A stretch of DNA of 64,000 nucleotides from Dialister sp. (GCF_036343215.1 NZ_JAZASU010000004.1:11595-75594); one strand, 5' to 3'; counted from the stretch's first letter, positions 48,998-59,635 are shown. Numbers and translations are program-made. Notes: generated by a model not told the origin, from the letters alone.

Positions 48998-50167
48998 ATG
49001 TTCCGTTTTACATTGCCAAGAGATATTTATGTGGGGTATGGGGCCATTGAAAAGCTTTCCGTCCTGAAAGGGCACAAGAAAGCCTTCATCTGTACCGGCG
49101 GCCATTCCATGCGGCGTGGCGGCTTTCTTGAAAAAGTAGAGGATACTCTTCACTCCGTGGGTATTGAAACGAGGATCATGGAGGGTATCGAACCGGATCC
49201 GTCCATCGAAAAGGTCAAAGAAGGGGCAGCCCTCATGGATACGTTCAAACCCGATGTGATTGTGGCGATCGGAGGAGGTTCCCCCATTGATGCGGCCAAG
49301 GCCATGTGGATTTTCTATGAATATCCGAATATCACGTTTGATGAAATCAAGACGCCTTTTTCCCTCCCGCCCCTTAGAAACAAGGCCATTTTCGTAGCTA
49401 TTCCTTCTACTTCCGGTACGGCCACGGAAGTAACGGCATTTTCTGTCATTACCGATTATTCTACAGGAATCAAGTATCCCCTGGCCGATTTCAACCTGAC
49501 GCCGGATCTGGCCATCCTGGATCTTGATATTCCGTTAACGATGCCGCCAAAACTTACGGCCCATACAGGAATGGATGCTCTCACCCATGCCACGGAAGCC
49601 TATGTTTCCACGGAAGCCAATGGTTTCACCGATCCCCTGGCCAAACAGGCAGTATCCGATATTTTTGACAATATTCTGGAATCCTATAACGGGGATAAAG
49701 AAGCAAGAGGAAAAATGCACATTGCCCAGTGCCTCGCCGGCATGGCTTTCTCCAACGGCCTTCTCGGCATCACTCATTCACTGGCCCATAAAATCGGGGC
49801 TGTTTTCCACATTCCCCACGGCTGTGCGAATGCCATCCTCCTGCCCTATGTGATCCAGTTCAATAAAAAAGCGTGCATGTCCAGGTATGCAGATCTCGCA
49901 AGAGTCGCAGGACTTCCCGGCCGCACGGACGCCCAGCTGGTGCTCTCCTATGAAGAAGCCATTCGTGAACTGGACAGAAAACTCAATATTCCGCTCAATC
50001 TTAAAGAGTACGGCATCGACGAAAAGCTGTACCTGGAACACAAAGATTCCATCGCAGCCAACGCGGAACTCGATGCCTGCACGCCGGAGAACCCGAGAAA
50101 AGCCGATGCTGAAGCCCTCGGAAAGATTCTCGAATGCGCTTACTACGGGAAGACCGTTAATTTCTGA
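48998..50167 (+). CDS. Iron-containing alcohol dehydrogenase (butanol dehydrogenase-like)
   Basis: GGGSPIDAAK, STSGTATEVT, GMDALTHATE, HSLAH and HGCANA motifs; RBS AGGAGG before ATG 48998. Confidence 0.94.
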   Translation: MFRFTLPRDIYVGYGAIEKLSVLKGHKKAFICTGGHSMRRGGFLEKVEDTLHSVGIETRIMEGIEPDPSIEKVKEGAALMDTFKPDVIVAIGGGSPIDAAKAMWIFYEYPNITFDEIKTPFSLPPLRNKAIFVAIPSTSGTATEVTAFSVITDYSTGIKYPLADFNLTPDLAILDLDIPLTMPPKLTAHTGMDALTHATEAYVSTEANGFTDPLAKQAVSDIFDNILESYNGDKEARGKMHIAQCLAGMAFSNGLLGITHSLAHKIGAVFHIPHGCANAILLPYVIQFNKKACMSRYADLARVAGLPGRTDAQLVLSYEEAIRELDRKLNIPLNLKEYGIDEKLYLEHKDSIAANAELDACTPENPRKADAEALGKILECAYYGKTVNF

Positions 50168-50392
50168 GCGTTTATCCGTCAGCAGTTTGCCGTTTGCAGT
50201 TTGATATAAAAGGAGCAGTAGAAAGCATTTCCTGCTGCTCCTTTTTATTGAGAAATTCACCGATAGACTATATCTCCATAATAACCCGCGGCCCAACAGG
50301 GCCGCCTCTTTCACTTGCCACTTTCTATTTATCACTTGCCACTTTTACGAAATACAAAAGACCGCAAAGCATCTTCTGTTTCGCGGTCAGCA

Positions 50393-50476
50393 TGGTGCGA
50401 GCGAAGGGACTCGAACCCTTATGCACAAGGCGCAGGATCCTAAATCCTGTGCGTCTACCAGTTCCGCCACGCTCGC
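50393..50476 (-). tRNA. tRNA-Leu(TAG)
   Basis: GCGAGCG acceptor stem, anticodon arm CAGGA-TTTAGGA-TCCTG, variable arm, GGTTCGAGTCC, encoded CCA. Confidence 0.97.
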
Positions 50477-50487
50477 ATGTAACATTT

Positions 50488-50516
50488 ATTATAATGGACC
50501 CTTTCGGACTGGTCAA
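50488..50516 (-). promoter_or_regulatory. tRNA-Leu promoter
   Basis: TTGACC-17-TATAAT. Confidence 0.75.
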
Positions 50517-50989
50517 TAGTTTTATTTTCTCCCTGCCCGACAGCAGAGGAATATTGATTTTCATCAAAATATCTATATGCACCTGGTAAAATTTCTGACC
50601 ATAGATTTTGATAAAAATTCTCAAAGTCTCTTTCAAAAGATGTACAATATAAATAAATAGAACTTGCTCTACTCACTGGCCAAAACAGTTCCCGCCGAAA
50701 GACAGATCTTTTTATTTCATCCTCCTCCAAATTACGGGAACTGTTTTTCCTTGCCATTTTTGCGAAAAGTTCCGGTTTTATTTTTTCTGAAAACTGCAGG
50801 GAAAGTGATCCGTTCGCGGTTCTCATCGAAGGCGCGCACCCTTAAGGCATATTTTTTATAATTGATCTTCCTGCCCGGAAATGACAAAATATACATCCTG
50901 TCCCCGGGTATTTCCGCCGGGAATTGATCACCTTCAACAAAAAAGACACCCTCACGGAGTGTCTTTTTATTTTCATAAAATCCAAAGAA

Positions 50990-51730
50990 TTATTCTTCGT
51001 CTTCATCTTCCGGAAGTTCTGCGTTGTGGTAAACTTCCTGTACATCATCCAGTTCTTCCAGTTCGCCGGTAAGGTGGTTCATGGTCTGAGCAGCGTCGCC
51101 TTCCAGTTTGACATAGGTGTCCGGAACCATAGCGACTTCGGATGCTTCTGCTTCGATGCCTTCTTTTTCGAGGGCTTCGGAAACAGTGAGGAAGTCTTCC
51201 GGAGTGGTGGTGATTTCGTAGCTGTCTTCATTGGAAGAAACGTCTTCAGCGCCTGCATCAAGAGCTGCCATCATGACGGTATCTTCGTCGGCAGCTTCTT
51301 TACTGACAATGATGGAGCCTTTTTTCTTGAACATCCAGGATACGCATCCCGGAGTTCCCACGGAACCACCGTGATGGGTAAATGCATGACGGATGGCTGC
51401 AGCTGCTCTGTTTCTGTTATCGGTGTTGCATTCAACAATGACTGCAACGCCTCCCGGGCCGTAACCTTCGTAAGTCACTTCATCAAATCCTGCGCCGGAT
51501 GCAGCGCCTACGCCCTTGGCGATAGCTCTCTGAATGTTTTCCTTCGGCACGTTGTTCTGTTTAGCCTTGGTGAGAGCCAGTTTCAGACGCATGTTACCGA
51601 CAGGATCTCCGCCGCCCATACGGGCTGCGATGGTAATTTCTTTGGAAATCTTAGTGGTGATTCTTGCGCGGATGGCATCGGTCTTGCCCTTTTTGCGCTT
51701 AATGTTTTCCCACTTGGAATGTCCGGACAT
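50990..51730 (-). CDS. YebC/PmpR family protein
   Basis: MSGHSKWENIK, YEGYGPGG, TDNRNR and DDVQEVYHN motifs. Confidence 0.95.
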   Translation of the reverse strand: MSGHSKWENIKRKKGKTDAIRARITTKISKEITIAARMGGGDPVGNMRLKLALTKAKQNNVPKENIQRAIAKGVGAASGAGFDEVTYEGYGPGGVAVIVECNTDNRNRAAAAIRHAFTHHGGSVGTPGCVSWMFKKKGSIIVSKEAADEDTVMMAALDAGAEDVSSNEDSYEITTTPEDFLTVSEALEKEGIEAEASEVAMVPDTYVKLEGDAAQTMNHLTGELEELDDVQEVYHNAELPEDEDEE

Positions 51731-51731
51731 A

Positions 51732-52313
51732 TTATTCCTCCTTAGTATTCCACCAGGGTTCGCCAAGCAGGCGATCGAGGATGATGGCCACGGCGCTTCT
51801 CACGCAGAGGTGATTGTAAGTGCCGGCGCCATAAATCGGTTCCACGATATAATCAAATTCTTTCATCATTTCCTTGGTCATGCCGAAGCCTGTGCCAAAG
51901 AGAATAAAGATCGGGGTATCCTCTTCGTGGATTTTCCTGCGCATTTCTTTGTAGGATACGGTATTTGGGTATACCCTGGCATCGGTGGTGACAATGGCCG
52001 GTTTCTTTCCTGTTTCTTTTTCAATCCAGGAAATGGCATCTTCGAGAGATGGGACGAGTTCCGTCTCTTCAAATGCTTCCTTCCGGTTGGCATTGTAATG
52101 GACACCGCCGCCTGTTTTCCAGTGTGTCATGATGCGTAGAGCCATTTCACGCTGTGCATCCACAGGATGCACGATGAAATATTTCTTCACGTCATATGTT
52201 TTTGCCGTTCTGGCAATGTCATGGAGGTCATAATTGGTAAGCGCCGTAGTGACCACTTCCATGTGTTTGTTATAAATAGGATAGTGGATAAGCCCTATGT
52301 ATACAGGTGCCAA
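51732..52313 (-). CDS. SPOUT-class SAM-dependent RNA methyltransferase (TrmD C-terminal-like family)
   Basis: LIHYPIYNK, TNYDLHDIAR, FGTGFG and YNHLCVRSAVAIILDRL motifs. Confidence 0.85.
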   Translation of the reverse strand: MAPVYIGLIHYPIYNKHMEVVTTALTNYDLHDIARTAKTYDVKKYFIVHPVDAQREMALRIMTHWKTGGGVHYNANRKEAFEETELVPSLEDAISWIEKETGKKPAIVTTDARVYPNTVSYKEMRRKIHEEDTPIFILFGTGFGMTKEMMKEFDYIVEPIYGAGTYNHLCVRSAVAIILDRLLGEPWWNTKEE

Positions 52314-52314
52314 A

Positions 52315-53061
52315 CTACTCGCCCCTCTCTTCTTCCAATATTTCCGCCATCAGTTTTTTATCTTCTCTGGAAAGTTCCTGCCCCTTGAGGAGATCGGGCC
52401 TTGACCTCAAGGTCCGCCGGAGAGCTTCTTTCCTGCGCCATCTGGCAATATTCGCATGATGACCGGAGAGAAGTACGTCCGGTACTTTCCACCCATTGTA
52501 TTCAGCCGGTTTCGTGTACTGGGGATACTCGAGAATCGGTTCGTAAAAAGAGTCTGTTGAGGCACTGCCCGCGTCTCCCAAAACTCCCGGTACCATCCGG
52601 GCGACTGCGTCGGAAATGACCATGGCTCCCAGTTCGCCTCCGGTCAGGACGTAGTCTCCGATGGAAATCAGTTCATCTGCCAGGTATTCTTCTACCCGGT
52701 GATCCACCCCTTCATAATGGCCGCAGATGAGTACAAGATGATCGTAATCATGGTAAAGCTGTTTTGCTTTATCCTGATTGAAGGTCTTTCCCGCAGGAGA
52801 AAGGAAGATCACCCGGTCTTTTAGTCCCTTTTCGGGGAGCACATGATGGCAGGCATCAAAAAGAGGCTGGCACATCATGAGCATGCCCGCTCCGCCTCCG
52901 TAGATGGTGTCGTCTACCTGACGGTGCCGGCTCTTTGTAAAATCCCTGGGATTGGTCACCGCCATTTCCAGGAGTCTTCCTTCCAGAGCTCTTTTGATGA
53001 TGCTCTGGTTAAAGAAGGCTTCCAGAAATTCCGGAAACAGGGATAGAATATCAATTTTCAC
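52315..53061 (-). CDS. trmD: tRNA (guanine37-N1)-methyltransferase
   Basis: VDDTIYGGGAGM, CGHYEG, SIGDYVLTGGE and LLSGHH motifs. Confidence 0.97.
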   Translation of the reverse strand: MKIDILSLFPEFLEAFFNQSIIKRALEGRLLEMAVTNPRDFTKSRHRQVDDTIYGGGAGMLMMCQPLFDACHHVLPEKGLKDRVIFLSPAGKTFNQDKAKQLYHDYDHLVLICGHYEGVDHRVEEYLADELISIGDYVLTGGELGAMVISDAVARMVPGVLGDAGSASTDSFYEPILEYPQYTKPAEYNGWKVPDVLLSGHHANIARWRRKEALRRTLRSRPDLLKGQELSREDKKLMAEILEEERGE

Positions 53062-53083
53062 GATGGGCTCCTTTAGAGTGAAA

Positions 53084-53581
53084 TCATTCCCACTCCGGCA
53101 GGCGCACCGTCATGCGTCCTGCATCGATATCCACGGATAGAACGCATGACGGTATGGCCGGAATCAGGATTTCTTTGTGATCTTCGCCTTCAATGACATA
53201 AACATTGTTGGCTCCGGTCTCCATGATTTCCTTCAGGGTTCCCACCTTTGTTCCGTCCTCGGTGACTATTTCCAGTCCGATGAGCTGAAAATAATAGTAC
53301 GTTCCTTCCGGTCTCTTCGGGAGTTCACTGAATGGGACTTCCACCATTTTAGAGACCAGGGTTTCCGATGTATTCCTGTCGTCCACCCCTTCCACATGAA
53401 GGATGTATACATGCTTATGGGGACGGGCGGATTTCAGGGCGTACGGTTTCCCTCCGATATAGATGGTTTTGAGTTTTTTGAAAATCTCCGGCCTGTCCGT
53501 ATCGGGTAAAATACGCAAATCACCCCGCACACCATGCGGGGCTACGATTCGGCCGACGATTATTTTTTCATCGGGTTTCAT
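53084..53581 (-). CDS. rimM: Ribosome maturation factor RimM
   Basis: VGRIVAPHGVRG, YYFQLIG, TGANNVY and LIPAI motifs. Confidence 0.95.
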   Translation of the reverse strand: MKPDEKIIVGRIVAPHGVRGDLRILPDTDRPEIFKKLKTIYIGGKPYALKSARPHKHVYILHVEGVDDRNTSETLVSKMVEVPFSELPKRPEGTYYYFQLIGLEIVTEDGTKVGTLKEIMETGANNVYVIEGEDHKEILIPAIPSCVLSVDIDAGRMTVRLPEWE

Positions 53582-53582
53582 A

Positions 53583-53990
53583 TCAGTTGCGGAAAGCGAT
53601 AATCTTTCCGTCTTCAACCAGAATTTCGCCGCCGGTTAAAGTATTCATGTCATCCCCCACATGGATGGTGACAAGGCGGTTCATAGGCTGACGGTTGAGT
53701 TCAGCGCCGATGGCAAGTCTTTCCAGGTGATCTTTATCATTGAGGAGTTTGTCCTTCAGCTGCTGCATCCGGGCCTTCTGGGCCTCGAACTGAGCGCGCA
53801 GCGGAGCCACTGCCTGGATATTGATCTTTGCCTGTTCAGCCAGTTTGCCGTTGGCTTCAAATTCCAGCTGTGCCATATCATGTTCGACACGGCTGATATT
53901 CTGCCCGATTTCATTGAGCAGTGTGGTTTTCAGCGTCTCGGTGAGTTTGGATTTTACAGCCACCGGTACGAGAATCTGCATTTCTTCCAT
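53583..53990 (-). CDS. YlqD family protein
   Basis: Coiled-coil protein at the conserved position between khpA and rimM; C-terminal EILVEDGKII. Confidence 0.85.
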   Translation of the reverse strand: MEEMQILVPVAVKSKLTETLKTTLLNEIGQNISRVEHDMAQLEFEANGKLAEQAKINIQAVAPLRAQFEAQKARMQQLKDKLLNDKDHLERLAIGAELNRQPMNRLVTIHVGDDMNTLTGGEILVEDGKIIAFRN

Positions 53991-54001
53991 TGCTGCACCT
54001 C

Positions 54002-54229
54002 TCACATAATATCCACAGCCACTTTGCGGTTTTCACGCAGAGCGCCTGCTTTCACAACCGTGCGGATTGCATTGGCAATGCGGCCTTTTCTGCCGATGAC
54101 TTTTCCCATATCTTCCGGAGCGACACGGACCTGGTAAATTTCCAGGCTCCCCTTCTGGATGACAGTGACAGTCACGGCGTCAGGGTTCCTTACGAGAGCC
54201 TTGACAAGTGTTTCCACTAATTCTTTCAT
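54002..54229 (-). CDS. khpA: KH-domain RNA-binding protein
   Basis: DMGKVIGRKGRIANAIRTVV, downstream of rpsP. Confidence 0.92.
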   Translation of the reverse strand: MKELVETLVKALVRNPDAVTVTVIQKGSLEIYQVRVAPEDMGKVIGRKGRIANAIRTVVKAGALRENRKVAVDIM

Positions 54230-54241
54230 AGAGGGCCCCCA

Positions 54242-54505
54242 TTATTTCTTTGCTTCTGCAAACTTGGCAAGGATGCCGTTCTTTCTCAGGATGGAACGAA
54301 CGGTGTCGGTCGGCTGTGCGCCTTTGCCCAGCCAGGAAAGAACCTTTTCTTCATCAATCTTTACCGGAGCATCCAGTTTAGCCGGGTCGTACCAGCCGAT
54401 GGTATCGGTGGGAGCGCCGTTTCTGGCTTCTCTGGAGTCGATGACTACGATGCGGTAGAAAGGATTCTTCTTTGCGCCCAAACGGGTCAGACGAATTTTT
54501 AACAT
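54242..54505 (-). CDS. rpsP: 30S ribosomal protein S16
   Basis: KIRLTRLGAKKNPFYRIVV...GAQPTDTV. Confidence 0.98.
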   Translation of the reverse strand: MLKIRLTRLGAKKNPFYRIVVIDSREARNGAPTDTIGWYDPAKLDAPVKIDEEKVLSWLGKGAQPTDTVRSILRKNGILAKFAEAKK

Positions 54506-54535
54506 TGAAATTTCACCTCCTTGAAATGATCTCGA

Positions 54536-55918
54536 TTATTTATTGAACATCCCGGGGAAACCGGTGAGGCTTCCCAGCTTGGATGGATCTAACTTTTTGC
54601 CGCCGCCTTTGCCCATTCTGCCTTTCATTTTCTTCATGGTCTTCTGCATTTCGGCAAATTGTTTCATCATGCGGTTCACATCCTGAATCTTCACGCCGGC
54701 GCCGTTTGCGATACGCTTTCTGCGGCTGCCGTTCAGAATCTTCACATTCGCCCTTTCTTCAGGAGTCATGGAAAGGATGATCGCCTCTATATGTTTCACT
54801 TCTTTCCCGTCCAGATCAATATCTTTCAGCTGATCCTTGAACTTGCCCATGCCCGGGAGCATACCGAGGATGGACTGGAAAGAACCGAGTTTTCTTACCT
54901 GTTTGAGCTGTTTCAGGAAATCATCCAGCGTGAATTCCCCTTTGCGGAGTTTGCCGGCCGCATCCTTCATGGCATCGGCATCCATATTTCTCTGGGCCGT
55001 CTCGATTAAGGTTTCAAGATCGCCAAGATCCAGGATTCTTCCTGCCATGCGGTCCGGGTGGAAATCTTCCAGCCCGCCGTCCAGTTTTTCAGATACACCA
55101 ATCATCTTGATCGGCTTTCCGGTGACTGTCTTGATGGAAAGAGCAGCACCGCCTCTGGCATCGCCGTCCATCTTGGTGAGGATGGTCCCGTCAATGCCAA
55201 GGTTATCATCAAAGGCTTTTGCCGTAGTCACGGCATCCTGACCGGTCATGGAGTCCAGGACCAGGAGGATTTCATGCGGATGAACTTCAGCCTTGATATT
55301 TCTAAGTTCTGCCATCAGTTTCTCATCGATGGTGAGCCGGCCGGCAGTATCGAGAATCAGCACATCCCGGTTATAGGCTTTTGCCGTATCCACGGCATAG
55401 CCTGCAATGTGGACAGGATCCACATTGGGAGGCATACGGTAAACAGGAACATCGGTCTGCTGGCCGAGAACCTCCAGCTGTTTAATAGCTGCCGGACGAT
55501 AGACATCGCAGGCTGCCATAATCGGGCGATGACCTTTTTTCTTGAACATCAGGGCCAGTTTGCCTGCAGTCGTCGTCTTGCCGGCGCCCTGAAGACCTAC
55601 CAGCATGATAATGGTCAGTCCCGAAGAAGAAAGCGTGATCTTGCTCTGGGTTCCCCCGAGGAGCTCGGTCAGCTCATCTTTAACGATCTTGATTACGGTC
55701 TGGTCCGGCTTCAGGCTTCCGAATACTTCTTCACCCATTGCTTTTTCACGGACATGGGCGATGAAATCCTTTGCTACCTTGAAGTTGACATCGGCTTCCA
55801 GAAGGGCCCGCCGTACTTCGCGGAGCGCTCCATCGATATCACTTTCGGAAAGTTTTCCTTTCCCGCGGAGATCCTTGAACGCGGACTGCAATTTATCGCC
55901 TAAGCTTTCAAAGGGCAT
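54536..55918 (-). CDS. ffh: Signal recognition particle protein
   Basis: GLQGAGKTT, DTAGR, TKMDGDARGG and Met-rich M domain. Confidence 0.98.
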   Translation of the reverse strand: MPFESLGDKLQSAFKDLRGKGKLSESDIDGALREVRRALLEADVNFKVAKDFIAHVREKAMGEEVFGSLKPDQTVIKIVKDELTELLGGTQSKITLSSSGLTIIMLVGLQGAGKTTTAGKLALMFKKKGHRPIMAACDVYRPAAIKQLEVLGQQTDVPVYRMPPNVDPVHIAGYAVDTAKAYNRDVLILDTAGRLTIDEKLMAELRNIKAEVHPHEILLVLDSMTGQDAVTTAKAFDDNLGIDGTILTKMDGDARGGAALSIKTVTGKPIKMIGVSEKLDGGLEDFHPDRMAGRILDLGDLETLIETAQRNMDADAMKDAAGKLRKGEFTLDDFLKQLKQVRKLGSFQSILGMLPGMGKFKDQLKDIDLDGKEVKHIEAIILSMTPEERANVKILNGSRRKRIANGAGVKIQDVNRMMKQFAEMQKTMKKMKGRMGKGGGKKLDPSKLGSLTGFPGMFNK

Positions 55919-55928
55919 ATGGTCACCT

Positions 55929-56252
55929 TCATTCCGACAAAACCTGTAACAATGTTTCAGCTTCATTCTGCTTTTCAGCAGGAATGAGATTCAAAAGCTC
56001 CCTTGCCGCCGCCTCTTTCTTCTCCCTGAAAGAAACAAGATGAAGGGCTTTCTCATAAGAGAGGAGCTGCTCCTCGCCATGGCGCATGGCATCATGCACC
56101 GCCTGACGGGAAATATGGAAATGCTGGGCGATTTCCGCCAGCGTCAGATTTTCATTATAGTATAAGTCCAGGCAGTCTCTCTGCCTTTCCGTCAGAAGTG
56201 CCCCGTAACAGTCCAGGAGCTCTCCCTTCCAAACGATATTTTCTATAGACAT
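55929..56252 (-). CDS. ylxM: YlxM DNA-binding protein
   Basis: LLDCYGALLTERQ...ISRQAVHD, upstream of ffh. Confidence 0.92.
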   Translation of the reverse strand: MSIENIVWKGELLDCYGALLTERQRDCLDLYYNENLTLAEIAQHFHISRQAVHDAMRHGEEQLLSYEKALHLVSFREKKEAAARELLNLIPAEKQNEAETLLQVLSE

Positions 56253-56273
56253 AGTATCACCACAACGTGTGAT

Positions 56274-56302
56274 ATTATAGCAGGTGCGGAAAAGGTTGTC
56301 AA
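56274..56302 (-). promoter_or_regulatory. Consensus promoter of the ylxM-ffh operon
   Basis: TTGACA-17-TATAAT. Confidence 0.85.
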
Positions 56303-56498
56303 GCTCTTTTGCTTTACAGGATTTCGTTTCAAAAAGCTTGCTTTGGAAATAGAAACTGCAGGATGAAATGACTTTTATATCGGGGCTTTCGGGAGTAGCA
56401 GGAATGTCGGGAAGGCAGTGCCTTACGGCGCAATATAGGAAGGAAATAAAAAATTCCTGCCGATCCTTTGGCGGGAATTTTTATTTTCTATTGGGAAA

Positions 56499-57160
56499 TC
56501 ATAACTTTTCCCCTGCCAGTCCCGGCTGACTGATTCTCCCGGTCTTTTCTTCTTTCTTTTCCGATTTCAAGGTAAAGGAGAAAATGGCACCCGGAACAGA
56601 GACTGCCCAGAGAATCTGGAGGGCGGGAACAAGTCCGAAAGTGTCAGCAGCGCGGCCGATAAGAGGAGTTACCAGTCCACCGAAAGTAGTGGAAAGGCCT
56701 AAAGTAATGCCTGAATCAAAGGCCACATTTTTACCGAGGTATTTCTGCCCCAGGACTACGCTGGCGCTGAAGGGGGCAAAGAGGGCAAATGATGCGGGGA
56801 GGAGAAGAATCATGGCAAGGAGGGTATTTTCCGTATGGATGAGAAGGAACATGGCGGGAATCATGGAAATAAAAGCGATGCGGAGCATACGGACGCAGCC
56901 CAGACGGTCGGCAAGAAGACCACCGAAATAAGTAATGATACAGCCCAGGGAGAAAAGGATAGTGAGGATGAAGCTTCCTTCTGAAGCATCCGCATGAAGG
57001 ACCTGAATCCAGAAAACGGGCAGGAATGTTTTGCATACGGTAAATCCGATGGACCTGGCAAAAATGAGGACTGTGAGCTTTCCGAAGGATTTCCAGTCGT
57101 TCCGGGCTTTTCCGCGCCGAAGGCGGCCCTTTTCTTTTTTATGCCTGCCATATCGGAAAG
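56499..57160 (-). pseudogene. C-terminal half of an Fsr-like MFS transporter
   Basis: Six TM segments, GGLLADRLG and GQKYLGKNV motifs; N-terminal half and RBS are missing. Confidence 0.75.
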
Positions 57161-57179
57161 GATTTCCGGGAGGAAGCGG

Positions 57180-58011
57180 AGAAATCCTTCCCCCTACCTG
57201 GTCCGCGAAGTTTCCCACGGAAAAAGCGCTTTCTATGACCCCGGATTTCACATCATGCACTGGCATGAAGAATTCCAGTTCATTTACGTTTCCTCCGGAA
57301 GCCTCACCGTGCATACCCTTTCGGACACGCTGAAGCTTTCAGAAGGAGAAGCTTTATACCTGGGGCCCGAAGTGATTCACTGCATCGAGGCACCGGTGGA
57401 TGCCCACTATTACAATTTTCCCTCCTCTGCGAAAGTGCTCCGATTCTATCCGGGATGCCCCGCCAATGAGGACCTGTCCGCCCTTTTCGCAGAAAATTTC
57501 ATTTCCTTTGCCCCTCTCTCCCCAGTGCTTCCCTGGGCCCGGGAATCCCTGGACCTGCTGAAAGACCTCGCCCGTTTTGAAAAGGACAAACCTCCCTTCT
57601 ATGCCTGGGAAGTCATCCTCCGCCTTTTCCGGCTGCTCCTCTCTGTGCGAAAACATCATAACCCGCAGGAAAGGCCCGCCCGCGACGCCAATGCGGAAAA
57701 AGCAAAAATCATCCTGCAGTTTCATCGCAGACCATTATGACGAAGATATTTCCCTGGAAGATATGGCAGAAAGCACCCATTTGAGCAAATCCGGCTGCCT
57801 TCGGGCTTTCCGCCTTGCCATGCACACCACGCCCTATCAGTACCTCCTGGAATACCGTTTGCAACAGGCCGCAGAAAGACTCCTTTCCACCGATCTTCCC
57901 ATAGGACAGATCGCCCTGGACACGGGCTTCCGTCAGGTCAGCCTCTTTGGGAAATATTTCAAAGAAAAAACAGGCTTCACCCCGAAAGAATACCGGGCCG
58001 CCCGGTCCTGA
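57180..58011 (+). pseudogene. AraC-family regulator, 5'-truncated and frameshifted
   Basis: Cupin HWHEEFQF in one frame and HTH (ISLEDMAE...FKEKTGFTPKEYR) in another; extra T in TTT at 57720-57722. Confidence 0.8.
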
Positions 58012-58144
58012 AAGAATTTCCCCGAACCACGGACCAACAATTCTCCCTATTGATAAATATAAATCTTTTCAATAAAGGCGATATAAATATGTATTTTATA
58101 ATATAAGCGGTGTTTGTTTTCGAATATTTCCAAAGGAGAAACTT

Positions 58145-59635
58145 ATGAAAAAATCCATTCTTGCTTTGACTCTGGCCGCCATGATTTCGGGCGGCACCGT
58201 ATTTGCTGCCGATGCGCCTCGGGACAATTTCTACTGGCTGGGCCAGATCAATAAGGCTTCGGATATCATCAATACGTCCGAAGGCCTTCTGACACCGGAA
58301 GAAGGAAGAAATATCGCCCAGGGCATTCGGAAAGTCCTCGCCGACGGGTCCCGTCCCGGCGCACCCCGGCCGGCCAATGTAGTGGCCTTCGAACCCTACC
58401 TCATCAAGGCCGCAGGCCCCCAGGTGACGAAAATCCATGCAGGCCGCTCTTCCCAGGATATGCTGACCACTGTCGGCATCATGGAGCAGCGGGAACACCT
58501 GCTGGACATGGCAAAAGAACTGAACAAAGTGCAGGCCGACCTCATCCGTCTGGCTGAGGAAAATAAGGAAACCGTCATTCCGAACTATACGAATGGCGTC
58601 CAGGCCCAGCCGAACAGCCTTGCCCATTACCTCATCGCCTATGCCAATGCCTATAACCGGGATATGCAGCGGACCCGCGAATATTTTGCCCGCCTGAACC
58701 GCTCCCCCATGGGCTCCACCGTTTTAAACGGCACAGGCTGGCCCCTCAATCGTGACCGCATGGCCGCCTATCTGGGATTTGACGGTCTCGCCTACAATAC
58801 CTACGACGCAGGCCAGGTCTTCCCCCAGGAAGCGCCCATCGAAACGGGAGGCATCACGAACTGCATTGCCATCCATACCACTTCTTTCATCGAAGAAATC
58901 ATGCAGCAGTACGCCCAGCCCCGTCCCTGGATTCTTTTGAAAGAGGGCGGTGGAAATACCTATGTTTCCTCCGCCATGCCCCAGAAGCGGAACCCGGGCA
59001 TCCTGAATTCCTGCCGCGGCGATGCTTCCACCCTTCTCGGCATGAGCATGGAAGCCGCTTTCCGCTCCCACAATATCCCCGCCGGCATGGCTGACGGAAG
59101 GCTGAACGGAAGACGCGACCTCATGCCCCAGGGGACAAAAGTCCTCTCCGGCCTGGACAGAATCCTCAATAATCTCGTCATCAAACCGGAACGGTCTCTG
59201 GAAGAGCTGGACCTCGACTGGACCTGCTCCCAGGAAATTGCCGATGAACTCATGAAAAATCACGGCATCCCCTTCCGCACAGGCCATCACTTTGCCAGCG
59301 AAATCGTGACCTATGCAAGAGCCAATAATATCACTCCGAAAGATTTCACCTACGATAAAGCCCAGATGGTCTATGAGAAACTCGCCAAAGACGATCCCGT
59401 CCTGCCAAAGGCATTCCCCATGACCGAAGATGAATGGAACCATGCCAAAGACCCCGTAGCCATCGTCCACAATAGAAAGGTCAAAGGCGGCCCCCAGCCC
59501 GCTGAACTGGAAAAGATGATTTCCATGGCAAAGAATGACCTCGCTGACAACGAAAACTGGGTAAAGCAGCAGGAAGAAAAACTATCGAATGCGGAAAATA
59601 AACTGAATGCGGACTTTCAGGAAATGCTGAAATAG
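58145..59635 (+). CDS. Exported argininosuccinate lyase-like protein (fumarase/aspartase superfamily)
   Basis: Signal peptide, IHAGRSSQD, SSAMPQKRNP signature and GIPFRTGH. Confidence 0.85.
   Translation: MKKSILALTLAAMISGGTVFAADAPRDNFYWLGQINKASDIINTSEGLLTPEEGRNIAQGIRKVLADGSRPGAPRPANVVAFEPYLIKAAGPQVTKIHAGRSSQDMLTTVGIMEQREHLLDMAKELNKVQADLIRLAEENKETVIPNYTNGVQAQPNSLAHYLIAYANAYNRDMQRTREYFARLNRSPMGSTVLNGTGWPLNRDRMAAYLGFDGLAYNTYDAGQVFPQEAPIETGGITNCIAIHTTSFIEEIMQQYAQPRPWILLKEGGGNTYVSSAMPQKRNPGILNSCRGDASTLLGMSMEAAFRSHNIPAGMADGRLNGRRDLMPQGTKVLSGLDRILNNLVIKPERSLEELDLDWTCSQEIADELMKNHGIPFRTGHHFASEIVTYARANNITPKDFTYDKAQMVYEKLAKDDPVLPKAFPMTEDEWNHAKDPVAIVHNRKVKGGPQPAELEKMISMAKNDLADNENWVKQQEEKLSNAENKLNADFQEMLK

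Noticed and set aside
50520-50930. ORF 50455-50826 and a 13-bp inverted repeat (about 50682-50748)
   Set aside because: The ORF overlaps the tRNA promoter and lacks an RBS; the inverted repeat has no transposase or target duplication support.
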